Shown here: positions 1-11,327 of the stretch, piece after piece
How the letters are laid out: every line of letters starts with the position of its first letter
Numbering within the stretch: the stretch's first letter is position 1
Origin: Folioceros fuciformis
Taxonomy: Eukaryota
Direction: 5' to 3'
DNA length: 26,386 nucleotides
NCBI GenBank assembly: GCA_049999805.1
Contig: JBNGIO010005925.1
Location: 99,673-126,058, forward strand
Notes under the pieces: generated by a model
What the model saw: only the letters and a program-made list of their open reading frames with translations
Database searches by the model: none
Told to the model about the DNA's origin: nothing
Made by a program: the position numbers and the translations under genes

Positions 1-77
1 GCTACTTACTCCCGTGCGGCAGCTTTCGTCGAAAATTTGCTGCAATACCAAAACCACCTATCCTCACAGCCGGCCAA

Positions 78-3000
78 CTACCTGGACAGCACGCCGTTGG
101 CAGAGTGGTCGAAGACCGAATTTCTCGTCACTTCCCCCACGGGGAACTGCCGATTGGCTTGACCACTTGTGACTTCCGGATTCCGCTGCCCGTTGAAGTA
201 GACGGAGTAAGGAAAATACTCCGAGCACCGCTGCCTCCACCCTGAACATATGTACGTAGGTTGTGCGCATTTCAGCTATACAAGGAAACAAGGAGATGGG
301 TGAAAAAGGATGTCAGTAGTGCGAAAAGGCTTACGAGAGCCTGCGTCGACATCGTTGAATGTGTTGCCCAGAATTTTGTGGGTCTCTATAGCATCTTCCA
401 ACTCCCATTCGCCCACCCCCTCCGCAACTGCTCCACCCCTGCTTTAGCATGACGACAAGAGAGCAGTGAACTGCTGTGCGTCCACTGAGGGAATGGAAGG
501 ATATGTGGAGATGACAAGCACTACAACATCGCGACACATACCTGGGAGTTGGCTTATTGACCGAAGATTCAATGATCTCCACTGCCTTCTCTTTCGAATC
601 TGGAGACAAGAGGAGGACAACTTTCGCTGCTGACACCCTATGCCGCAATGATTCTGCATGCCAACAATTTACCATTACTCTAGACAGCACAAAAGAATGA
701 TAGGCCTGGATGCAGTTGACAAAACTCGATTCCCACGGACCAGAATGAGCCTCGAGAAACGCGTCATTAGCATCCTTCAGGGATTTCCCAGCCAAGCTCC
801 TGTGACAGGTGCCCCAAGAAAGGTTCTCTAAGAATGAGCGTTGAATGAAGTCCGCCATGGAAACTCCTCTCACAAGCCAAACCGAAGCAAGATGCAGTCC
901 AAGTTGAATTGCAAAGGCTTAAACGTACGATAAAGTCTCTCTTTCCAATTTCAGCACACTTCGCACAAGGTTTTCCGAATCTGTTTGCGCAGCAGGAAGG
1001 CCATCCACAGCATGAAACAGCCGTATCTGCAAAATGAAACAACTGCATCAGTCACAGCACCATGCATACAACTTCCCGCTGTGATAGCATCAAGGCCGAC
1101 AAAGTGACCCATATTTTCAGTTCCCAGCTTGACGAACAGACCAGCACTTACCAAACACTCATGAACATCTGGGTCCTCCGCATTTATTCTCAACTGTCGC
1201 TTCACCGCCTGCAAGGTCAATTAAAACGGTTTCAATGAGTAACACCGAGGTCAGATGTGATCAAGAACACACAATCCTCGACAGCACCAACATTGCACCT
1301 CAAAGTTTGGGACAATTCACAAGCAATTTTAACGACACCATTCATCAAGAGCTGGGTGTACGTCACACCATACCTTACCTTTATGAACTCCACTGTCTGT
1401 TGGACATAGAAAAATCACCCAGAAAAAATCTAAAAACATATCCCTATGATCCGGTATTCTCAGCCCATATTTGTAATCACTAAAGCTTCAGAAGTAGCTG
1501 ATTATCATGACATCACAGAATATCGGATACCATTTGCATTTAGGCATTCCCAGAACACATCATGGACCAAAAAAGATTCATATCAAAGCGGTAACATCAC
1601 ATTCCCTTCGTTCTTGAGCACTGTGCATAGGCACTCTTGCTTCTAACTGATGGAAAACAGCATCCGATTTTCTTGACAAGAGAAAGGAGGATATGACCAG
1701 CAGTTTTGACTTATGCAGCAGTGATCAATCAAACACGGACGGCACCAAACGACCACTCTCAAGTGCAATAAAATGCAGCTCCATCCACACGATGCATACA
1801 GATGTCCCAAAATGGCTACATACCTGTAAAGCAAGGAGGGTCTTGCCCCTACGAAAGTAAACTTCAAACGCCAGCAAATGTGTCTCAAGTGAAAGGGAAG
1901 AATGATCTTGCAAGAGCTTCAAATATTTCAGACTCTCTTGAAGAGGATGTTCAACCTGCTCACCAAAGTAGTTTCGGGTTGGACTTACAATTGAGCAAAT
2001 ACAGCTAGCTCTCATCCCACAGCCCAGCAAACGGGGGTCTAACGAGCAATCAAGTTCGTATGGAAGTACATGTTTAAGCTTCTCCCCATCTGGATCACTG
2101 TCAACAGCTTTAGGTGCCTGCACACCCCTCTTTCCACCTTTGTTTGCAGCCAATGCCGCGGCTTCTTCCTCTTTAGCTTTACCTTCTGCTTCCTGCCAAG
2201 AGGAATGCTGGATCACATGACCTTGCTGTTATGCTGAAAGCCCATACCACAACTGTATTGCCAGCCACCATACCTTTTTCGCACGTGCTTCAAGTTTCCG
2301 TGCCTTAAATTTCATCCTCTTGCGCTCAGCTGGTGGAAGCCCTGCAGCTGCAGCCTCTTCTGCCTCCACAGCTGCCTTGGGCGGTGAATCATGTAACAAT
2401 AAATAGCACCTGCTTCACGTGAAATTTGTTAATCCACACAGGTAGAAGGACATAGACAATACGAAGCTGAGTTCACCATCTTCAGACAGACCTTATGGCT
2501 GCTGAAGCAGCTCGGCAGAAGAAGCGATGTGAATGCAATTGGTCCTGAAACCTTAGCATTCGGATGTAGGCACGGAGAGTCATCTTCCGTAGGCAATACG
2601 TATGAAAATCAAATTGGTCCTCGACCATGTCGTTGTAGTGCTTCTCCACTGACAAATACTTCTTCAATGCTTTTCCCAAAGACCCTTGACGAAAATGACT
2701 ATCGCCAGACGCTAATTCGTACCTACATGGAAAAATGCCACAAGAAGCTCAGAAAGAGGTGCCTGGAAACCATCCTGTGAGCTTACTCTCAAACTTCATG
2801 CAGCACATACCACATGCATTGCATGTCAAAAAGATTGTTGTGCTGATCACCATCTTTAGTGAACAGAACTGCTGTCTTTTCTGCTAATTCGACCTGCAAC
2901 ATGTGGGAAAGGTAAGAGAACAAGACAAAAAAAACAACAAAGTGGAACAGGTGCCACTATAGAGTGAGGGTGAGCAACAGAAACCACAAAGAATTTTCAA

Positions 3001-6000
3001 TGCTTCAAGCTGAGACCATTGCTAATGTGCTAACCAGATGCGGTAACGAACAACTCAACACCAAATCTAAAACAATGACCTTGTCCTGCAAGGTTCGAAA
3101 AATGTGTACCAAGGTACAAGTCCCGAATCTGTAAACGCGTGTGGCTTACTTGATCTGCTTGCAGCATCCTCTTGACGCACTCACTATTCAAAAACCTATC
3201 CGCAAGGTCCATTGTCCGAGCTTCATCTGCTAGATTTGCTGCAGTAAGGGGATCACCTGCATGCTTCAATATCCTTCCCTGAAAGATGGAAACAGTTCAG
3301 TACCCAACCCCACCTGGAGCTTCAATAGAGGCCTACCTTTCACTGCAATTAGGCATTTGAAGGAAACGACTGAAGAGGACATTGGAACTTTACTTTGACA
3401 AGATACAGGTCAATAGCCGTGGGAGTATGTGCAAGGGCTGTGTCAATATTTTCCAAAGCTTTGCTATGCAGCCGCCTTTTGTCATAATGCTGCAAATCAC
3501 CATCCCTTTGGACATTAACAAGCTGGATCGCAAACAATAAACCTAGAGAATACAGGAAAGAAAAGAACTGCCTCCACTTCATCCACACCTGGGCAATGAG
3601 AAACAAGGTCCACATAAGAGTTGATGGAGGCTCCTTGTCAGTGCTGTAGATCAACCCAGCCATCAGGAAACAGCACGTCCAAACCGATTCTGGTCCATGT
3701 CCCCAGGACTACATGAACATAGCTCAACCACAAATACCTGGAGGGAAAGCACCCTGTGCTCTGTAGTGCAGACTCCACTCCCAGAAAGACACGTTCCATG
3801 ATATCTGCCTGTACTGAGCGTACAGTTGGGATAATCAAACTATTGGGGCAGAGGGCATAGAACAGCTGCTTAAGCAACAAAACCGAGTTCTCACCTTTCC
3901 AGGATGATGATACAGAGGTCGCAGATCAGAAAAAAGGGACGGGACACCCTGTGACCACAGAAGTTCAAATGAGCATACGAACAAAGCTCTAAAGTACACA
4001 AGAAAGAACACCAGAGAGCTCCATTGTGGAGAAACTTCAACACCAGCTCCAGTTTCAACAACGATCTAGTGGAGGGCAGCTGATGAAGGAGAGTCGAGAA
4101 AATCCACCTTTGCAAGAAAAGGCCTGACATACGTCTCTAGAGCTCTCTCGAAAGCCTCACCCTCCAAAAAGTCAAAAGGTATGCGCTGAAGACAAGAGAA
4201 AAGATTTCCAGCACAACCAACCAACCTGTCATTAAGGGCATGCCTTAGATAGGTAAAGAGATGCCGATCGGCACCTAAATGATCAATAGGACCACAACTA
4301 ATACTTCAACGTTGAGTCATTCGTGGTGTCAAAAGTATGCAAAATTGAGCAGAGGGACTTTGTACCTTTGCAGCTGCAGAGTGCGGATATTTTGTACGAA
4401 GTCCATCATAGAGCACAACAAGCTTTTCCACCTGTTCAGTGGTATAGCCTTGTCCATTTTGTGGCCACAATCCCAGGCATTTCTGCAGTCCTTCATAGTA
4501 GCTGCCACCACATACAGCTGATTTCAGGGCACAAATCTATGACAGTTACAGCTATCCACAGTAGTAACAAGCAGCAGCTTTGCACTTGCCTATAGTTGTC
4601 CGGGTTAACAGTGAGGAGCTGTTTGTAAGCATCTTCTGCCTCCTGCAGACGCTTTGTTTGTAAAAGTAAGCTTGCACGATGTTCGCGCAGACCTAACTTG
4701 TCAACCTGCCACATGGAAGGCATTTGTTAGATCACAAGAGAAGCAGAAACAGTGGGTATGAGACAGGACATCGAGAAGGACGGTGTAGGAGAGAGAGAGA
4801 GATACGTTAGTAAACCAAATTGGAGAAGACACTAAGCCTACCAAATGAGGTCAGCTTACAGAACCATACAATTTTGATATCCTTTCTCGAAAGCTCTTCG
4901 AGCGCTCTTTCTGGAGCGCCTGCTTCCTCGAGCAAAGAGGCCTGCACAGGTCATGAGCAAAAGGTACTTGAAGACAGACGGCACAAGTTACGGAGACGGA
5001 TGGACGGAGACGGATGGGGAGAGGAGGTACGACGATTCGGGCAACACACCTTGTAGAGCAACATCTCACTGTGCTCATAACGCTCATTGTCTGGCGGGAA
5101 GTCTTCCTCCAATGTGCCTTCATATGCTTCGAGGATTTGAACAGCCATACCAGGACTGTGGCAAAACATCATGTAGTGATCAGTGACCCGCCATATATTT
5201 CCAGCGAACGTACAAGACGAACATATCTGTCAAGACGTGCAAGAAGGGGAGGGGGGAGCTGAGACAAAGCAGGCAACCAAGTAATACTCACTCAAAGTTC
5301 ATATGGTGCGAAATTGCAAACCCAATCCAATTGTTCCGGTGGCTAGGCTTTATAGTCAAGAGCTGCCTGCGCGTCTCAACAAAGCCTGCCAAATCTCGCA
5401 TTTGTGCCTGCGGCACACCACAGTGTCAAGCACATCCAGGAGCGTCATCTCAGATTTGACCTGGAGCCGGACACATTATTCACCTGCAGGAGTGACAGGT
5501 CCCGAAGAATCTGAATGTTTTCTGGGTCAATCCGCAGCGCATTCCTGTAGCATTTGATAGCCTCCCGGTACTCACGGTCCGATCGATAGAGCAGCCCGTA
5601 GACGTGCCAACAGACATGGCTCTTGAGGTCATTCTGGCAGGACAGAGGTGTGGCGTCAACACCCGCGGGGCAAGCGAACACAGATGCATTCAAGCTGCCT
5701 TGACTCACCTTGAGCCCTTTCCGAACGAGCTCATACGCCTCAGCCTTGCGCTCCATGCAGTTGAGGGTGAGTCCCTTCATCGCCAAAGTCTCTGCGACAA
5801 GCAGCGTGGCACCCGCACGGAGGACGTTGGATTGAGCGTTGCAACCGGGCAGCGCAGCGCAGCACGGCAGAACGGTGGGATTGGAAGATGCCTACCTCCA
5901 TGCTCGGGAAATTTCTTCAAAACCTGGTCCGACGCCTTGAGTCCCTTCTTGTACTGCTTGGTCTCGTAGGATCGCTGCAAGAGCGGAGGGTGGGAATCAG

Positions 6001-6115
6001 AGAGAGCAGGAGGGATGGAAGGCAGCACCAAATTCCAGCAACACGGGCGACATGAAACACAAACCACGATGAATTTGAAGAGGTTAGCCTCCTTGGGCGG
6101 GAGAGACGAGCCCAT
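78..6115 (-). CDS. NAA15: NatA N-terminal acetyltransferase auxiliary subunit (TPR/NARP1), ~26 exons
   Basis: The spliced minus-strand translation runs [30 protein letters not shown]...[25 protein letters not shown]...[16 protein letters not shown]...[18 protein letters not shown]...[10 protein letters not shown]...[16 protein letters not shown]...LSR*. These are hallmark NAA15 motifs. ATG is at 6113-6115 and TAG at 78-80. Introns are phase-compatible GT-AG except one GC-AG (4502-4589). Confidence 0.95.
1379..1396 (-). other. Candidate 18-nt in-frame cassette micro-exon (TVEFIK) in NAA15 intron 1209-1823
   Basis: The minus strand reads ...gatttttctatgtccaacAG|ACAGTGGAGTTCATAAAG|GTAAGG. It has a T-rich tract, an AG acceptor and a strong donor, and matches the phase-0 host intron. 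No transcript evidence. Confidence 0.35.
1449..1528 (-). ncRNA. Intronic box C/D snoRNA, candidate LSU rRNA 2'-O-methylation guide
   Basis: Sense to NAA15: box C GTGATGT (1516-1510), D' CTGA (1491-1488), C' GTGATTA (1480-1474), D CTGA (1463-1460). The boxes are closed by the terminal stem ATCCGATATTC/GAATACCGGAT (10/11 bp). The D' guide AATCAGCTACT is complementary to the conserved LSU segment AGUAGCUGGUU with one G-U pair. Confidence 0.75.
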
Positions 6116-7337
6116 GACTCCAATCTTTGGCAGCGCAGGAGGAGGCGGGCCTCCACTCCCTCAAAATACTCTTCCACTGCGGCTGAATTGAGCCGCCAGG
6201 CAGTGGGGTTCCTGTCCGTCTTCACAAGCTTTCATAGCTTTTGTTTTTCCGAGGGCCTGGCCCCCCTTTTTACTGCCTCCCAGCTCCAAACAAAGATTAT
6301 ATTACGGCTGACTTGACGCACTCATCACAGCACACCTCTCTCGCAACACGGTTAGTTAACCTAACCACACGGCATATTATCGTAAACCTTCCTTCCACCT
6401 CGAGTGCAGTTTCTCCACATCCATTTGCTTCTGGCAGCATATGCACCTCCCTACTGGGAACTTTCCAATTTGCCAGGCGTGGGCCGATGGGTCCGTATCT
6501 GCATCTACATCATACATCCTTGGCTTGTTTCCCCTCGGTTTTGCCATCCTCCAAGGTTAAAAGATTTTTTTTTTTTTGGGGTTTCTATTAAGTTAAGCAG
6601 CAGATGTTTGTTCTTAAATATATTAATTATTTAAAATAAAGTCCCTGTGTAGTTGTAGACCTTTCCTCCTACAATACAAGACCATTAAGATCATTAAGGT
6701 TTAGGTTGCCAAGAGGTTGATGATTTTTCATCTTTTTTTCTAAAATTAAAAAAAAACTACTTCATGAAAATATGGGAAAGAACATTAGATAAAGGCCCAT
6801 CTTCAAATGACTCGGCTTAGGAAAAGAACAAGACTCAATAACTCAATTGACATAGTTGCTCATGGCCCTCCTTGGATTGGTTCTACTCGGACTTAGGGCA
6901 AAATAAAATTTTCCGAACTCTTCTTTTATTGAAGTCTACACGTCTATTCAACAATGTACATGTCACACATCCGTGTACGCAAACCCGTTGAAAGGGTTTA
7001 CTTGCTTGGCCTCGAAGCCGGTACAACGCCTTTCTTTCGTCCAGGCCAAGGCTGTGCTGATCAGAGCCAGCAGGCCATGAAATATGGAAGATATCGTCCC
7101 GGTCCAGACGGCTCTCGCGGCAATCATCGCCACGGCCCAGCCACATCTGCCTCTAGGCCTCTAAAGGACAAGACACCATGGCGCCCAGGACCACGAATTC
7201 AGAGCGGACGGCGCTACTGACAAGGATTCCAATCGCTCCATGTGCTCAGATCGGGGGACAAAGCCTTGAAGGAACTTCCCTTCGCTTCCCTTCCTTTCCT
7301 TCGTTTCATATACGCCAGGTTACCGCACCTCAAATCA

Positions 7338-7351
7338 CCCTAAACCCTAAA
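7338..7351 (+). repeat. Two plant telomeric units / telo-box (CCCTAAACCCTAAA)
   Basis: Exact AAACCCTAA at 7342-7350. It lies just past the stop codon of the minus-strand gene, so a regulatory role is uncertain. Confidence 0.4.
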
Positions 7352-7356
7352 TCGCG

Positions 7357-8054
7357 TCACTGAGGAGACGTAGAGCCAAGGACTGGCGATGGAGGACTCT
7401 CCGCTTCCTGCTGTAGAGAGCGGAGCTTGAACCTGGGTCTGGGAGCTTCATCCACGGAGGCTGTGACAGTGTCGTCTGGAAACAGCGGGTTCTTGGGACT
7501 TGCTTCCGGCTTGAACACGAAATTGAACACCAGGTTGTTGACGATGGTGAGCAAGACGAGGAATGCGGCACTGTAAGCCAGGAAGCTGTCCGTGAGCTCA
7601 GGGAATTCGAATTTGGCATCCTCTTTCCGGACCTCGGATCCTGCATTGCGTTGCGTTCCATTCCATTCCCTCAGCACACAGCGGAACCAACGCTGAGAGT
7701 CGCAGAGATGAGTTGCATCCATTCCGCCGCAGCCGATGCGGAAGCAGCAGTGACATCGATAGCAGACGCAGTGGAGAACTCACCTGGTAGCACCCGCAAG
7801 GGCTGGGGCTGGGGCTTGGGCTTGGTGACATTGGGACCGGACCGGCCGTTGGGGCTGGAGAGCTGGCTGAGCTGCTGGTCCAGCTCCTTGAGAGCCCGCT
7901 TCGCCTGCTCCTCCTCCTCCCTGCCTGCGCTGCCGTTGTCTCCGCCCGCGCGCACACCCAGAGAGGGCCCAGCCTGGCGCCGCCGCCGGGGCTGCTGGGC
8001 CACGAGGCTCGCAGCTGCGGGAGGACAACAGGAAAGATGCAGGAGCGTGCCCAT
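7357..8054 (-). CDS. Uncharacterised small single-pass membrane protein, probably chloroplast-targeted (2 exons)
   Basis: Exon 1 (8054-7784) has a transit-like N-terminus ending ...GVRAG, then AKRALKELDQQLSQLS. A GT-AG intron spans 7783-7641. Exon 2 (7640-7357) carries the hydrophobic helix SFLAYSAAFLVLLTIVNNLVFNFVFKP and TGA. Confidence 0.75.
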
Positions 8055-8385
8055 TTGATTCTCCCCACTGCCGAGTGGTCAGTCTGGACGGCAAGAGCTT
8101 TCCAGGGCGCCTGCAAGTAGCGCAGGTCCCGAAGAAGCTTCCTGCTCTCCTCAGCCCTCCAGTTGGCGGGGCCCAACGCCCTATAAAAACCCTCTGGCTC
8201 GTCAACCCGACCGGAACTCGAGCCTCCTGCAAGCAATCTAAGGAGTCAGATCTCTTCTGTGTGTGAGTAAGGCAAGGCTCGAGAGTGAAGGCGCGAGGCA
8301 CAACGCTGGTACTTCGCGCTTGGATCTGGGATTTCAATTTGCGACTGGCATTGCTGTGTGGGTTGCTTTGGACAAGAGGGAGGGG
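8055..8385. promoter_or_regulatory. Short divergent promoter region with TATA box and site II motif
   Basis: About 330 bp separate head-to-head start codons. GGCCCA lies at 8170-8175 and TATAAAA at 8182-8188 on the plus strand. Confidence 0.55.
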
Positions 8386-10043
8386 ATGACCTCTTTGCTG
8401 CCTGCAGAGATGACACATCTCATGTTGGGGCTTGGGGCTCGCATGGTTCCCCGGACAGTCTCCTCATCCTGCGTCTCCTCCTCTCTGTCTGCTGTTGGTT
8501 CCAGCTTTGGTGTCGCTCCGCATAGCGTCCAACCACCTGCCAGGGCTTGGGCTGTGAGAGCAAGCATCGCGAGGGAGTCTTCTGTCAGCAGCTCCGGCAC
8601 CGCCGGAAACATGTGAGCTTCCTGTTGCTGTTCTTGAGAGGATAATACTGGGGGTTGTCTTCGCATTTCGACACTATCTCACTGTGATTCCGTCGTTCTC
8701 TTGTTGTTATCTTGCAGGTCTCTCACCCACATTCCGAACGAGAACCTTCATGTCTCTACCCCGACGTGGTGGCTGGAGAGCAGGTTCCACTTCAGGTGAG
8801 ATGCTGTTTGCCGGCATCAGATCCTTTGTTTTGTTTCTCGCTCGGTAATGTGTTTCCCAACCTGAAAGATATCTGCTGGGTGGGTGGCTGCAGCTTTGCA
8901 GAGTACTACAATCCCAAGAACCTGGACTTTGGAGTGTTACGTGTTCTGAACGATGATCTGGTGAAGGTGAGTCTTGCTTGCCCAATCATTTCCTGTCGGT
9001 CAGGCGTCCACTACGAATGACTCGCTGATCAGACTGCCCGTCTATGGATTAGCCCCGAGCTGGATTTGGGACTCATCCTCATCGAGATGCGGAAATATTT
9101 ACTTACGTCGTGGATGGAAAGCTCACCCACAAAGACAGGTAGGCTCTCTGGTGTGCTTGTGTGCGGATGAGGACGGCACTGTTCATGACTGCACTTTACT
9201 GTACACGTAGCTCTGCGGTTGGCTTTGCAGTATGGGGACGGCGGAAACGCTGGGACGAGGAGCGGTTCAGTACATGAGTGCCGGCCGTGGTGTTACCCAC
9301 TCAGAGATGAACGACTCGGACGAATCGTCAGTGTGGACATCCCCCTGTTTCCTTCTGCTTTAAGTGAGGACCCTTCTTGTTACGATCGTGATTCATTCAT
9401 TATGCTCTGACATGAGGCTCCCGCTTCAGGTTGAGGTTCCTGCAGATCTGGATAAAACCTGATCAAAAAGGCTACCCGCCGAACTACGGCTCCAGGACTT
9501 TCAGGTACGCAAAAGCCGGTCATACGCCTTCCACAGGCCTCCTGCCTGACTCGAGGACTCCGACGTCTCACTTCCTGCCTGTCAATGCAGCAAGAGTGAG
9601 AGATATAACAAGCTCCAACACGTGGTCACAAGCTACGAGAGGTATGGACGAAAGGAAGACACCCACGAAGGTGTGATCCCCGTCCACCAGGACGTGAACA
9701 TCTACGTGTCAGAAGCCGATGCAGGCCTGGAGCAAGACTTTGTACTGAGCAAAACACGGCAGGCATACCTGGTGTGCATCGAAGGTTCCCTGGCAGTGAA
9801 CGAAAGCACGAAACTCGGTGCTCGTGACGCTCTCGAGGCACGCCCTCCTTCCTTCCCAGTGTGCTGAACTTGCATTTGCCTGATCACTCGTGCAAAGCTT
9901 TCTGAAAACTCTGCCGTGCTCCTCCCCTCCCTGTGCTGCTGCAGATCCGAGCTGAGAAAACTGCAGAGCTGCCCTTGAAGCTGGTGGCATACGCAAACCT
10001 TGGAGCCCACTTCATGTTGATCGAGATGGCCCTGTCCCCTTGA
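8386..10043 (+). CDS. Pirin-like bicupin of the bacterial YhhW/quercetinase type, with putative plastid transit peptide (8 exons)
   Basis: Exons: ~8386-8612, 8718-8795, 8894-8966, 9053-9138, 9231-9326, 9430-9504, 9591-9837, 9945-10043. They give WWLESRFHFSFAEYY...FGVLRVLNDD...GFGTHPHRDAEIFTYV...VQYMSAGRGVTHSEMN...FLQIWIKP...VHQDVNIYV. The metal-ligand motifs HxH and HxE are intact. The start ATG is uncertain (8386, 8410, 8422, 8443, or the split ATG at 8611). Confidence 0.9.
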
Positions 10044-11327
10044 TCCGTTACCTGCCTATGTAGCACGTCCTTCTGGAGGACTTGCGGAGTGTAGACTATG
10101 TTTGTACGTACGTGTGTGTGTGAGACTAAATTTTTGTGAGAGGTGCGCCCAAATGGGCTTTGCCACTTGTACATGGATGGATTGCTAGCAGTTTTGTAAG
10201 AAATTATAGCGTTCAGTGTTTGTTTTCTGTACAAGTCCAAGGATGCAAGACCTCGGTATCTATGGCTGTGAGCGCACAGTTAAGTTGCAGACGACTGAAA
10301 ATCTCCTTTGACAGCACTTTAGGAGCAAACTGCATCAGAGGTAAAACGCCGGATTGGCAACGACTGGAGACAGAAATACATAGCTCCGGTATCGTTGATC
10401 TTAAAAACTTGCTCCATGGCTTGAATCTCGTCAGCCCTCATGAACAGCATACGAAGCGATGGATCCGCAGCTCACGATGATAGTGCAAGGCACGCTTCGC
10501 TTCCTCAACCTGTCGCATAAAATTGCAAGGGATTGAATCACAAGTAAAGCCAGCTTGACACAAACGCAGTTTTCCTGACACTCTACTCCACCCAGACCCA
10601 GGCCAGATTCTGGGCTATATTGTACTTTACATATTTGCAAGGGCACTGTACATGTCCAGTTCAACCACGTGCCACGTAGGATTGTGGCGGGGTTGGAATG
10701 AATGAATTCGGCGTCGGTTCGGTGCCGAGTCGCAGCTGCACTCCGTTCCCAACGACTCTACCTAACCCCAACCGCCCCATTTCAAATGGCATAGATATAT
10801 CTATCTGGATGGATGGACAGTACAGTCCAGTCCAGTACTCTTTGTAGAGGCAAACTGGCAGTAGGAGGTGGGCGATGGGAGTTGGCCCTCTTTGAAGTGA
10901 CGATGCCAGCCAGGGCCAGGGAAGGCGCCAGCAGATGAGCGAGTAGTCTTCACGTTCCAGGTCGTTCTCCTTCTAGAAGCCAAAGCTAGGTCCGTGTCGC
11001 TGACGGGGCCAGGACTGGAACGGGGTCCAACATGGTGTGGAACCTTCCGTGCAAGCACACGGCTTCTGCACGTCGACTGCCTGTCTCAGCATCCGGGCCA
11101 GACACCAAGACGCTGGATGATCCAGGAAGCTCGGGACCATCCTGGCTCCTGCCTCCGCTGCTTGGCCTTTAAATCCCGCCTGTTGCCCTTGGTCCCGGCC
11201 ACCGCAGACAAGAGATTTCATGCTTGGGACAGCGTATAGAGCCACAATCTCGCGTACCGGTGCAGCAGCAGCAGCAGCTCGCCGCTTCGCCAATCCCGTA
11301 CCTAATTCTGCTTCAGTACAGGCCGCG

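Noticed and set aside
1550-1602. Second possible C/D snoRNA in the same NAA15 intron (GTGATGT...ATGA...ATGATGT on minus)
   Set aside because: It ends in CTGG rather than CTGA, has no terminal stem and no recognisable guide.
6550-6880. AT-rich island as a MITE (TCCAAGG/CCTTGGA ends)
   Set aside because: Only a 7-bp inverted match and no TSD.
10318-10520. Minus-strand protein-like fragment (DPSLRMLFMRADEIQAMEQVFK)
   Set aside because: It is short, bounded by stops, has no coherent exon structure and no recognised family.
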